Notes under the pieces: generated by a model | The model's database searches: none | What the model was told of the DNA's origin: nothing | Seen by the model: the letters and a program-made list of their open reading frames with translations, nothing else | Translations under genes and position numbers: made by a program | Shown here: piece after piece, positions 38,037 through 47,252 of the stretch | How the letters are laid out: every line of letters starts with the position of its first letter | Position numbering within the stretch: the stretch's first letter is position 1 | DNA from: an uncultured Nitrospinota bacterium | Lineage (GTDB): Bacteria; Nitrospinota; Nitrospinia; Nitrospinales; JAJDAT01 | DNA: 64,000 bases | Assembly (NCBI GenBank): GCA_964570665.1 | Contig: CAZMZH010000001.1 | Location: 210 to 64,209 of the forward strand | Direction of reading: 5' to 3'

Positions 38037-38444
38037 ATGAAACTTGTAACCGCGATTATTATTGGATTTGTAGCGTTGTTCTATGCATACGGCGGGACGA
38101 TCCATGTCATGAACATGCTGAGCCTAACAGGTTTTGACTGGGCTACAGCGCCTCTCAAGTGGCAGGTTCTCGATGTTGTCTATCTGATTCTTGACGCGCT
38201 GGTCGTTCTTGGCCTTGTGCGTGGCTGGAAGGCAGGGTATGGGGCGTTCTACCTCGCAGCGCTAAGTCAGGTTATTCTATACACGCTGCTGAGGGACTGG
38301 ATTGTTGATGTCTCCTCCGAGTTTGCCGTTTCAGACGAGCAGCGGTCGCATTTCACAGGACTGGTAGTATTCCACATTTTTACTCTCATACTTGTGACAG
38401 CAAGCGTTAGAGTTCGCTCAACAGTCGCTTTGTTCAGACTTTGA
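38037..38444 (+). CDS. Hypothetical four-TM membrane protein
   Basis: 135-aa hydrophobic ORF with noticeably higher GC than its surroundings. Confidence 0.45.
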   Translation: MKLVTAIIIGFVALFYAYGGTIHVMNMLSLTGFDWATAPLKWQVLDVVYLILDALVVLGLVRGWKAGYGAFYLAALSQVILYTLLRDWIVDVSSEFAVSDEQRSHFTGLVVFHIFTLILVTASVRVRSTVALFRL

Positions 38445-38606
38445 AGTTCCGGTCTTGTTTCATAAGTGAGTAAGGATACTAATAACGGTAAGTTGCGCCA
38501 TTAAAACCCAACAACAAAGTCCGCCCAAACCAAAGTGGATACTCGATGCAAAAGCAACTGACGGCCATTGGGAAGCTTGGTGTAACGTCTTCTTATTCTT
38601 TACTAT

Positions 38607-38969
38607 TTAAAGCTCATGCTCCTGAACAATGAATGCCGAAGATTTAGAGTGATCTATAAAATTTCCCTCGTCTTCAAGTAGCGCGGCGCTTAATTTCTGC
38701 CCCTCATCTGAACTCATTGCCTCCATTAAATCTTTTTCCGATTCAAACCAAACCTCTGCGACACCATCATATTCTGGCAACATGCCTCTCGATTCCCTTA
38801 ATCCTTCGTTTAGAGGGGTATCTAAAGTAAGAGATTGCACATATTTTTTGGCTCGCATAATAGCGGCATTTTTCATAAAGAAAGGACCATGTTTATCCTT
38901 CCAATAATCTTGAAACTGCTTGCGAGTCATATCTGGGCGGCGGCGTAAACACATTACAAATTTGATCAT
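38607..38969 (-). CDS. EthD domain protein
   Basis: MIKFVMCLRRRPDMTRKQFQDYWKDKHGPFF is a typical EthD N-terminus. ATG 38969 is preceded by AAGGAG, so the ORF track start at 39029 is probably too long. Confidence 0.65.
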   Translation of the reverse strand: MIKFVMCLRRRPDMTRKQFQDYWKDKHGPFFMKNAAIMRAKKYVQSLTLDTPLNEGLRESRGMLPEYDGVAEVWFESEKDLMEAMSSDEGQKLSAALLEDEGNFIDHSKSSAFIVQEHEL

Positions 38970-39154
38970 TTCAATAGTCTCCTTTGAGCGAGATATTCTG
39001 GTGGCGCAAATATTGATAAATACCGCCAAATTTTTTCAGATATTTTCTCATTATTTTTCGGACAACTCAACGCCGCTTTAGGCCGATAGCAACCTTGCGA
39101 AGGAAGCTCTTATAAGCAAAAGATTTGTTTTGTAAAAGAAGAGTTGGCGGAAGA

Positions 39155-39331
39155 TTATTTCCTTTCTTGCGCTTGACCTGCTGCCTTTATTGCGGCGGCC
39201 TTCACGGCTTTTGCGATTTCTTCCGCCGCTTTTTCACTCTTCATGGCACGGGCAACCGTAATTCCACGGCTAGACATACTGAGCATAGCCCAAGCTCTGG
39301 CGCTGCGGTGTTTTTGGGTGATATAATTCAT
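39155..39331 (-). CDS. Possible 58-aa small protein (below the ORF-track length cut-off)
   Basis: Manual translation gives MNYITQKHRSARAWAMLSMSSRGITVARAMKSEKAAEEIAKAVKAAAIKAAGQAQERK. It fills an otherwise empty gap but has no motif. Confidence 0.2.
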   Translation of the reverse strand: MNYITQKHRSARAWAMLSMSSRGITVARAMKSEKAAEEIAKAVKAAAIKAAGQAQERK

Positions 39332-39374
39332 TCGCTAGGGTAAACAATAACCGATTAACTGTGGGGTTAAGAGA

Positions 39375-39716
39375 GTGAAACAAGTAATAATCATTAATGG
39401 ACCGCTTAAGCTTCCTAAGGGGAAACTTGCGGCCCAAGTCGCTCACGCCGCCGTGGCTAGTTTTATCTCCGCAAACTCAAGTCGTCAGAAAGCTTGGCTT
39501 GATCTAGGAATGCCCAAGGTCGTGCTATTGGCAAACAGCGAAAAAGAACTTCTTGAATACTACCAAAAAGCATTAAACGCCAACTTGCCAGCGCAACTGA
39601 TCAAAGATGCGGGGAGAACTGTCATTGCGGCTGGAACCCTCACTTGTATTGGCATTGGTCCAGCCCCCGAGAAGGAAATAGATCGAATCACTGAGCATTT
39701 AAAACTGGTTAGCTAA
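39375..39716 (+). CDS. pth2: Peptidyl-tRNA hydrolase, PTH2 (archaeal/eukaryotic) family
   Basis: GKLAAQVAHAAV, PKVVL, LIKDAGRTVIAAGTLTCIGIGPAP, ITEHLKL are collinear with human PTRH2 / archaeal Pth2 blocks. GTG start. Confidence 0.85.
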   Translation: MKQVIIINGPLKLPKGKLAAQVAHAAVASFISANSSRQKAWLDLGMPKVVLLANSEKELLEYYQKALNANLPAQLIKDAGRTVIAAGTLTCIGIGPAPEKEIDRITEHLKLVS

Positions 39717-39868
39717 CGGCACTAATGATTCATGTAACGAACGGCGGCATCCCACCCAAAGCAGACATTCAGCTAAAGAATGATACTCTTGTCGAAGCAT
39801 TTTTGATTTTGTGTCCCATCGAATGACAGACTCAACTAGATTTTAACAATTTAAGAAGAGGTCAGAAT

Positions 39869-40381
39869 ATGGAAAACAGTCATCAGCAATTGTATGACCA
39901 AGCCCAAAGCACATTCGGATTCGTTCCCAACCTGATTAAAGAAATGGCCATAAGCCCAGTGCCTGCTAAGCTATACCTCATTGCCCAGGAATATTTAAGA
40001 GACGGCGTCCTTAGCGCTCAGGAACAGAATGCAGTTCAATTGGCGTTAGCCACTGACAACGAATGCCATTATTGTGTTCCGGCACATTGGGCGGCCGCCA
40101 AAATGGCCGGCATGGATGCCTGCGACCTGAATGCCATCCGCCAAGGTCATGCCCCCGAAAATCCGGAATTCAATGGACTCATCTATGCTGCGCGACTAAT
40201 TCACTCGAAACAAGGTCGACTCAGCAAAAGCGATTATGATGACTTGGACGCTTGGGGCATTGACCGCCCGAAACTTTATGAAATCGTTGTGCTCCTCGCC
40301 CTCAAAACCCTCACCCATAATATTAACCACATTGCGAATACCATCGTTGACGAAGAGATCAAAGACGCCTGCGAAGATTGA
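39869..40381 (+). CDS. Carboxymuconolactone decarboxylase / AhpD-like family protein
   Basis: ATDNECHYCVPAHW (CxxC-x2-H core of the AhpD-like fold), 170 aa. Confidence 0.65.
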   Translation: MENSHQQLYDQAQSTFGFVPNLIKEMAISPVPAKLYLIAQEYLRDGVLSAQEQNAVQLALATDNECHYCVPAHWAAAKMAGMDACDLNAIRQGHAPENPEFNGLIYAARLIHSKQGRLSKSDYDDLDAWGIDRPKLYEIVVLLALKTLTHNINHIANTIVDEEIKDACED

Positions 40382-40557
40382 TCGAAAATGCACGAAAGGA
40401 ATTAGAAAAGCTGTATGACGTTTCTAAAAATAAATGTATGTCCGCTATTGGCCGCCTAGCGGTCTTTAGGGAACACTTTCTGCCTGATATGATGCCGGCC
40501 ACAAACTTTGTATATACAAATGGCAACTATCTCACTTTAACAAACTCATCGGTGGGA

Positions 40558-41394
40558 TTATAAATAACGGTCTAGGATAGCTTTCTTTCTCTTTTGGTAT
40601 TCTTTTTCGTCGATCAAACCTTTTCGCTTTAAACCGTTTAAAGTATTTAATTTCTCTTCGACGGCGCTATTACTTGTCGGTCTGCTTTTTACTTGAGGAG
40701 CTTTAGATTCCTGTTTTTCTTTCATCAACTTTTTTTTGCGGGTTTGTAACCCTTTAGTCTTAGGAAGATCCAATTTTGAAACGAGCCAATTATCCCAAGT
40801 TACGGAAAAAATACCCTTTGTTTTTTTTAGAACTTGGCCGCGTTGAGGGACCATTTTCCATATAGTTCCTTTGCCTCTGAATCCCGAAGCGCCTCTATTT
40901 GAAAGATTAAACTTCCTTCCGGAAATCATTGAAAATCTCCAATGCAACCGGGTTTTAGAATGCAAAAGTTCTCCCTTGGTCATTCCGCCTGGCGTCTCTA
41001 ATTCAAAATTAATTAATTTATCCGAAGGAGCCCTACCCAACGCTTTTGCCATCAGTCGCGCTATCGAATGGGTGTCTTTTACAGAAAATATAGATTTTCT
41101 TTTTCCAAAAAGCGCCAACTCTTTATACTTTAGGGACAACAATTGGGAAGTCATCGCCTCAACCGATATTTTCACGGGATGGTTTATAGGAATTTTTCTT
41201 AATTCCGAGTCAGCCGATTTTTGCGCCTTATACATTAAGGTAAATCCTTCTACCTCTAACTTTCTTTCTTTTGGTTCGGTAGCGCAACTAACAAAAAAAC
41301 TTAATCCGAAAACAAGAATCAACGTATGGATCCAAGTTCGCCGTTTTATCAATAGATTTATTTTCATCCTAATCCCGTAAAGGTTTTTGAGCAA
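40558..41394 (-). CDS. Lipoprotein with C-terminal SHOCT domain
   Basis: Lipobox-like SFFVSC. C-terminus LNTLNGLKRKGLIDEKEYQKRKKAILDRYL is a SHOCT motif. The start may be the internal ATG at 41367. Confidence 0.6.
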   Translation of the reverse strand: MLKNLYGIRMKINLLIKRRTWIHTLILVFGLSFFVSCATEPKERKLEVEGFTLMYKAQKSADSELRKIPINHPVKISVEAMTSQLLSLKYKELALFGKRKSIFSVKDTHSIARLMAKALGRAPSDKLINFELETPGGMTKGELLHSKTRLHWRFSMISGRKFNLSNRGASGFRGKGTIWKMVPQRGQVLKKTKGIFSVTWDNWLVSKLDLPKTKGLQTRKKKLMKEKQESKAPQVKSRPTSNSAVEEKLNTLNGLKRKGLIDEKEYQKRKKAILDRYL

Positions 41395-41938
41395 TTATGG
41401 AAGCGAAGCCTTTTTGCCCATTGTCCACTTCCCTATAGCGCAGTATACGATATCCCTGGAATTCTTTTAATAACTCCCCCTCGCCTAAAACCCATTCTTT
41501 TTTAAACGAACTGTATTTTAAAAAATCGATAGAAAAGGTTTCGTAAATTATCAACCCGCCCGGGCAAAGAATTTCACGAATTTTTGGAAATAAGTTTCTA
41601 TCCAAAAAATTAAAACATACCGCCAGGTCAAAAGATTCTTCTTTAAACTTATAATCGTCTAAATCCGCGATAATCGTATTTAATTCAATATTCTTTTCTT
41701 CGGCTAAAGCGCGCGCTTTCTTGACCCCAACATCGGATACATCTATTCCCGTAACCTCAAAACCAAGTTGGGCCAAATAAATGGAATTTCTTCCCTCCCC
41801 CATCGCTATATCAAGAGCTCTGCCAGTACCGGTCAAAACCTCCGTATTATCAGTCAACCACTCGCAAGCGGCTTTCCCACCAATATACTCGTTCGTTCCA
41901 TATTTTCGATTCCACTTTTCTTTATCTTTCGCCGACAT
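41369..41938 (-). CDS. Class I SAM-dependent methyltransferase (TehB-like size)
   Basis: ALDIAMGEGRNSIYLAQLGFEVTGIDVS (motif I and post-I), LCPGGLIIYETF. The preferred start is ATG 41938. Confidence 0.7.
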   Translation of the reverse strand: MSAKDKEKWNRKYGTNEYIGGKAACEWLTDNTEVLTGTGRALDIAMGEGRNSIYLAQLGFEVTGIDVSDVGVKKARALAEEKNIELNTIIADLDDYKFKEESFDLAVCFNFLDRNLFPKIREILCPGGLIIYETFSIDFLKYSSFKKEWVLGEGELLKEFQGYRILRYREVDNGQKGFASIIAQKPLRD

Positions 41939-42051
41939 ATAAAAGCAAACTCCCATAAATTCAATTATATAAGCAGTTGTAACATTTCGCGAATCCATTA
42001 TTCAAGAACAATCATAAGTTAAGAAAATAGCGCTATTATTGGTCAAAATTG

Positions 42052-42080
42052 TTGACAAAAGTTTAATAAAACCCTATGCT
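42052..42080 (+). promoter_or_regulatory. Sigma70-type promoter of the rplU-rpmA-obg operon
   Basis: TTGACA (42052-42057), 17-nt spacer, TATGCT (42075-42080). Confidence 0.5.
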
Positions 42081-42162
42081 ATAAAGCTTTACTGAAGGTA
42101 CGAAAACACGTCAATAGTGTTTATTTGAATAAACCCTCAGAGGGTTAAAGGAGTAATTTTTT

Positions 42163-42477
42163 ATGTACGCAGTAGTCCAAACTGGAGGCAAGCAGTACAA
42201 GGTTTCCGCTGGCGATACCATTCAAGTCGAAAAACTTGAAACCGCTGTTGGCGAAACGGTAACGCTAGATAAAATCTTAATGACTGGAAATGGCGACGAC
42301 ACTCAAGTTGGCGCTCCATTTTTAGATGGTTGTAGCGTCACTGCCGAAGTCTCTGAACAACTAAAAGACAAAAAGATCATCGTTTTCAAAAAACGACGCA
42401 GGAAAAACTATCGCAGAAAAAACGGTCATAGACAATTACAAACGCGACTCAAAATCACAAGCATCAATAAGGAGTAG
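42163..42477 (+). CDS. rplU: 50S ribosomal protein L21
   Basis: MYAVVQTGGKQYKVSAGDTIQVEKL... Confidence 0.95.
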   Translation: MYAVVQTGGKQYKVSAGDTIQVEKLETAVGETVTLDKILMTGNGDDTQVGAPFLDGCSVTAEVSEQLKDKKIIVFKKRRRKNYRRKNGHRQLQTRLKITSINKE

Positions 42478-42483
42478 AACGCA

Positions 42484-42741
42484 ATGGCTCACAAAAAAGG
42501 TCAAGGTAGTACTTCCAATGGCCGCGACAGCATAGGCAAACGCCTTGGGGTTAAACGTTACGGCGGACAAGCGGTTAAATCCGGAGAAATTTTAGTGCGT
42601 CAACGCGGCACATCCTTCCACCCTGGTTCAAACGTAGGTTTGGGAAGCGACTACACCATATTCTCTAAAATACCCGGGGTTGTTAAGTTCGAACGTTATA
42701 ACAAAACAAAACAAAAAATCAGCGTTTACCCCGCAGTTTAA
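42484..42741 (+). CDS. rpmA: 50S ribosomal protein L27
   Basis: [29 protein letters not shown]...RQRGT.FHPG.NVG.G.D.T.F. Confidence 0.95.
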   Translation: MAHKKGQGSTSNGRDSIGKRLGVKRYGGQAVKSGEILVRQRGTSFHPGSNVGLGSDYTIFSKIPGVVKFERYNKTKQKISVYPAV

Positions 42742-42780
42742 CCCACCAAAACCTTATTAAACGATCTCCTTCTTTATCCA

Positions 42781-43794
42781 ATGTTTGTTGACCAGGTCAA
42801 CATAATAATTCGCGCGGGTGATGGAGGAGATGGATGTTCAAGTTTCCTTAGAGAAAAGTTCGTCCCTCTTGGCGGACCTGACGGGGGCGATGGCGGTAAA
42901 GGCGGCGACATAGTTTTAGAAACAGATCCCAACCTCCAAACTCTTTTCGATTTACGATACCAAAAAATAAATAAAGCGGAAGACGGTCGCCCAGGCCGAG
43001 GCAAGCAAATGACTGGGCGCAGCGGAAAAGACTGCGTTTTAAAAGTGCCTATGGGCACCTTGGTAAAAAACGAAGAGTCCGGCGAATTATTGGTGGACCT
43101 CAAAAACGAAAATCAGCAATACATTGCTGCCCTTGGCGGTCGAGGCGGGTTTGGAAACGCTAAATATAAAACCTCCTCCAACCGCGCTCCTAGAAAATTC
43201 CAAACAGGTTCTCCTGGAGAAAGGTTTAAGCTTATTTTGGAGCTAAAACTTCTCGCCGATGTGGGAATTATTGGGTTCCCTAATGCGGGTAAATCGACCC
43301 TCATTTCAAAAATTTCTAATGCGCGCCCCAAAATTGCCGACTACCCTTTCAGTACTTTGATACCAAACCTTGGAATTGTGAAGATGGACGATTATTCTTC
43401 TTTCGTCGCCGCAGATATTCCAGGTCTCATCGAAGGAGCTCATAAGGGAAAAGGATTAGGAATTCAATTTCTAAAACATACGGAACGCACCCGACTATTG
43501 GTTCATTTGATTGACTTCTCAATCGCCAGCGATAGAGACCCCCTGGAAGATTACAAAGCCATTCAAAAAGAACTTAAAAGCTATTCTCAGATTTTATACG
43601 AAAAGCCTCAAATTCTGATCCCATCCAAAATAGATCATCCCGAAGCGGAAGAAAAATTAGTACGCTATAGACCGGAATTGGAAAAATTAAATCCAAACTT
43701 ACTCCCAATTTCTGCCGTCACCGGACAAGGGATATCCGAACTCCTTCGGCAAATCCAAGATCAACTCAACAGTCTCAAAAATACCCCTAAGTAA
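42781..43794 (+). CDS. obgE: GTPase Obg/CgtA
   Basis: MFVDQVNIIIRAGDGGDGCSSFLREKFVPLGGPDGGDGGKGGDIVL, G1 GFPNAGKSTL, G3 DIPGLIEGA. Confidence 0.95.
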   Translation: MFVDQVNIIIRAGDGGDGCSSFLREKFVPLGGPDGGDGGKGGDIVLETDPNLQTLFDLRYQKINKAEDGRPGRGKQMTGRSGKDCVLKVPMGTLVKNEESGELLVDLKNENQQYIAALGGRGGFGNAKYKTSSNRAPRKFQTGSPGERFKLILELKLLADVGIIGFPNAGKSTLISKISNARPKIADYPFSTLIPNLGIVKMDDYSSFVAADIPGLIEGAHKGKGLGIQFLKHTERTRLLVHLIDFSIASDRDPLEDYKAIQKELKSYSQILYEKPQILIPSKIDHPEAEEKLVRYRPELEKLNPNLLPISAVTGQGISELLRQIQDQLNSLKNTPK

Positions 43795-44112
43795 CATAAC
43801 GCTATCCTAATAAGTCTCCCAGTCCTAAACCAATAGTTTAGCGACCCTTTCTATTTGCCTCATCCAAAAATTTCGATACTCAAATAGATTTTTGAGCTAG
43901 AAATATTGTTCCCGATCGAGCTTTTAGTTCAACAACTTACAAAGGGTGTTATTATATCTATAAATACAAAAAGTCATTTAAAGAAAAGGCTCATTCTTAA
44001 TAAAAGGTTGAACAAATTATTTTTTTTCAAATAATGGCGTTTTTTTAATTTAAACAGGTTGTTTTGCCCTCTTCATTCAGCTTTCAAAACCGTGGGACCA
44101 TTTTTTAGATTT

Positions 44113-46668
44113 ATGGAAAAATCTCTAAAAAATTCAAATTTCAATAAAACGGTAATAATAATTTCAGCCATTTTTATGGTTTTAGTCACATCTTTTGGCT
44201 CCATTATTTATCAAACCACTAAACGGGATATGGCTGAAACGCTATCCCTGCTACTGAATACAACGCTTGAAATAAATGTTAAAGCCTTAAAAGAATGGAT
44301 AAAAGACAAAAAACTAGACGCCCGCGTTTTGGCCTCCCAGCCGTTAGTTCAAAAAAATATCCTCTCTCTTATTGAGATTTCAGAAAAACCCAACATCGAT
44401 TCTAAAATTCTTCTCCAAAGCCGCGAGTTGGCTTGGCTGAAGAAAAACTTAGGCTCTTTATCTAAAGAATACGGATTCTACGGATTTATTATCATTAATA
44501 AAAACGGATTTCAGGCCGGCGCTTTATACGACGCCGCCGTGGGAAACAAAAATTTAACAAAAAATTCGGATTTTTTTGAAAAATCTTTGAAGGGAGAAAC
44601 CATTGTAACCCTTCCTTTCTTAAGCGAAATTCCACTAAGAGATTTAGAAGGGAACTTACACGATTCTCTTCCAAATAGTATCGTCGCCACTCCTGTATTA
44701 AACTCCCTTGGAGAAAATGCCGGTATTCTAGCTTTTCGATTGCGGCCAGAAATGGGATTTTCAAGAATAATGTCTTTGAGCCGATTTGGCGAATCTGGAG
44801 AAACGTATGCATTTAATAAAGACGCCGTAATGATATCCCAAAGTCGTTTCACACAACAACTAAAAGAAACTGGGCTCATTCAAAATAATCCAATGAGTCA
44901 GTCGATCCTTAAAGTTTCTTTAAGAGATCCCGGCAAAAAGTTACCTATTGGAAAACTAATTGACTCAAGTTTAAAAAGCAAATGGCCTTTAACATTCATG
45001 GCCGACCAAGCCATTAAAGGAATGTCCGGCATTAATGTTAAAGGATATCGCGATTATCGCGGTATTGAAGTTGTCGGCTCTTGGCAATGGCTCGCCGATT
45101 ACAATTTAGGAATTGCCCATGAAATAGACAAAAAAGAAGCCTACAAGTCATTAGCGGCTTGGACACAATTGATCGCAATTTGCCTTGGAGCCCTCATCTT
45201 GTCGGGGATGATTTTAATTTGGCTTTGTTTTAGACAAACCCGAATTGAAACGGGAGCTGATGATAATAAATTAATTCTAGAAAAGTCTCAAAAAGAGCGC
45301 AAAAGATTGTACGATATGCTCAATCACCTTCCCGTCTTATTTCATCTTCAAGCTTCAGATTATTCGGTTCCGTTTGCGAACAAAATGTTCATCGAAAGAT
45401 TTGGCAACCCAGAGGAAAAGCCGTGTTATGCCCTTATGCATAAAAGAACCGAACCCTGCGAAACTTGTACGCCGTTTCAAATTTTCAATACCAACCGCAC
45501 CGAAGAATCTGTTTGGGAGGCTTTTGACGGCAGGACCTATTTAACGGTAGTAACTCCGTTTCAAGATTTAGACGGATCTCCATTAGTTTTAGAAATGGCA
45601 GTGGATATCACCGAACAAAAAAAAGCGGAAAAAGCTCTAGAAATATCCAAAAACGAAGCGGAGGTAGCCCATAAAGCTAAATCGGAATTTTTAGCTAGAA
45701 TGAGCCACGAGTTTCGAACGCCGTTAAATTCTATCATCGGGTTCAGTCGCCTATTACGATCAGACTCACAGGCTCCCTTATTGGATTCTCAAAATGAAAA
45801 AGTGGATCAAATTATCCTGTCGGGAAACCATATCTTGAGGCTTGTTAAAGATGTATTGGACTTAGGGGCGATTGAAAAAGGCAAATTACCCATTAATTTT
45901 GGTAATATTTCTCTCAATGGATTAATTGACGAATCGTTTAATCAGGTTCAAGAATTCGCGAGGGAGAAAAAATTACGCGTAATGGATCGCTTGCCGCAAA
46001 ATGAAGAAATTTGGGTATCGGCCGATCGAGAGTATCTAGAAAAAGTTCTTCTTCATCTATTTACCAATGCAATAAAGTATAATCGAGACGGCGGCGATAT
46101 AGAAATATCAATATCATTTGATATCCCCAAAATCGTACGTTTAAAAGTATTGGACACGGGAATTGGAATTCCGGAAGAAAAACAAAACCAAATATTCAAA
46201 CCTTTTAACGCAATTGCTCCAAGTCAAAGCTTTGAAGAAGGCGTTGGCTTGGGTTTAAGTATTTCAAAATTAATGATGGAGATGATGAATGGAAAAATCT
46301 ATTTTGAAAGCCAAGTTAACAAAGGTTCCAGCTTCTTTATTGAACTCCCCATTGTAAAAAGGGAACAAATTTCTCCTGAAAATATGGCCGAAAAATATTC
46401 CAGCATTAAAAGTTTTAACGCATTAATAGAGAAGGACCTTAGCGAAGAACTCGATCCATCTAACTTCTCAATTCCAAGAGAATTACGCTCGGATTTGTTA
46501 AGGGCGGCAGAAATATATAATTTCACAAAACTGGAACACTTAATTAATAATTTAAGCTCCCAGGGCGAAGACGGAAAATCCATCGCCAAATTAACTAAGA
46601 AATATTTACTTCAATACAATATTCAGGAATTAGTAAATGTTTTAAATAAAACCAAACAAGGTTCTTGA
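44113..46668 (+). CDS. Sensor histidine kinase: TM, about 300-aa periplasmic sensor domain, TM, Cys-containing PAS, HisKA, HATPase_c, about 100-aa unknown C-terminal extension
   Basis: H-box [18 protein letters not shown] box [15 protein letters not shown] boxes DTGIGI / [13 protein letters not shown] ends DITEQKKAE. The start is ATG 44113 or TTG 44059. Confidence 0.85.
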   Translation: MEKSLKNSNFNKTVIIISAIFMVLVTSFGSIIYQTTKRDMAETLSLLLNTTLEINVKALKEWIKDKKLDARVLASQPLVQKNILSLIEISEKPNIDSKILLQSRELAWLKKNLGSLSKEYGFYGFIIINKNGFQAGALYDAAVGNKNLTKNSDFFEKSLKGETIVTLPFLSEIPLRDLEGNLHDSLPNSIVATPVLNSLGENAGILAFRLRPEMGFSRIMSLSRFGESGETYAFNKDAVMISQSRFTQQLKETGLIQNNPMSQSILKVSLRDPGKKLPIGKLIDSSLKSKWPLTFMADQAIKGMSGINVKGYRDYRGIEVVGSWQWLADYNLGIAHEIDKKEAYKSLAAWTQLIAICLGALILSGMILIWLCFRQTRIETGADDNKLILEKSQKERKRLYDMLNHLPVLFHLQASDYSVPFANKMFIERFGNPEEKPCYALMHKRTEPCETCTPFQIFNTNRTEESVWEAFDGRTYLTVVTPFQDLDGSPLVLEMAVDITEQKKAEKALEISKNEAEVAHKAKSEFLARMSHEFRTPLNSIIGFSRLLRSDSQAPLLDSQNEKVDQIILSGNHILRLVKDVLDLGAIEKGKLPINFGNISLNGLIDESFNQVQEFAREKKLRVMDRLPQNEEIWVSADREYLEKVLLHLFTNAIKYNRDGGDIEISISFDIPKIVRLKVLDTGIGIPEEKQNQIFKPFNAIAPSQSFEEGVGLGLSISKLMMEMMNGKIYFESQVNKGSSFFIELPIVKREQISPENMAEKYSSIKSFNALIEKDLSEELDPSNFSIPRELRSDLLRAAEIYNFTKLEHLINNLSSQGEDGKSIAKLTKKYLLQYNIQELVNVLNKTKQGS

Positions 46669-46802
46669 AAAATAATTACTCTATTAGAAAGCCGCAGAAA
46701 TAAATATTAAACTCCTCGATTAGTTATTTTTTCTCAATTTCCAACGTCACGGGGCAATGACACTCCGAACTTCTTCGAAAAATTAAAAGTCAGCTAATCG
46801 AC

Positions 46803-47219
46803 TTACCAATCCTCGTCGGGATTTTTGGGTTTTTGTATGGTGGGAATTGTGAATTTAAGCGATGAGGGAGCTTTGGATGGAGTTTTTCCTCGTGGCCCGT
46901 CTTTATCTTCTTCTCCAAATCCAATTTTTATTTTTCCTTTCCCTACCTTAACGGGGAAAATTTTCGCTTTCATCTCTGGGTTTTGCGGGCACTGACCGGA
47001 AACGAGATCGAATCTCCATTCATGGTTTGGGCAAATCAAAACGCCTTCTTCAATTCTTCCTTCTCCTAATGACGACCCATTGTGAAGGCATTTATTATTT
47101 ATGGCGTAATATTTCCCCTTATAGTTGAATAACGCAATTTCGTCTTTACCGGCGGAAATAATTGCCGATTTACCTATGGGTAAATCGCTTTCGTCCATAA
47201 CTTCAATAAACTTAATCAT
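46803..47219 (-). CDS. Rieske [2Fe-2S] domain protein, NirD-like small subunit type
   Basis: NKCLHNGSSL...LICPNHEWRF (CxH...CxxH), with a short basic and Pro-rich C-terminal tail. Confidence 0.75.
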   Translation of the reverse strand: MIKFIEVMDESDLPIGKSAIISAGKDEIALFNYKGKYYAINNKCLHNGSSLGEGRIEEGVLICPNHEWRFDLVSGQCPQNPEMKAKIFPVKVGKGKIKIGFGEEDKDGPRGKTPSKAPSSLKFTIPTIQKPKNPDEDW

Positions 47220-47252
47220 AGAAACTTCCTTGCTAATTCTAATAAATTTTAG

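Noticed and set aside
39125-39343. 72-aa plus-strand ORF rich in Cys, Arg and Phe
   Set aside because: It has no SD or motif. The opposite strand holds a more protein-like 58-aa ORF, itself listed only at low confidence.
40378-40563. 61-aa ORF after the AhpD-like gene
   Set aside because: It has a TTG start and no SD or motif, and its 3' end overlaps the convergent lipoprotein gene. The evidence is insufficient.
40871-41380. 169-aa plus-strand ORF
   Set aside because: It is antisense to the SHOCT lipoprotein gene, which has a lipobox and a C-terminal SHOCT motif.
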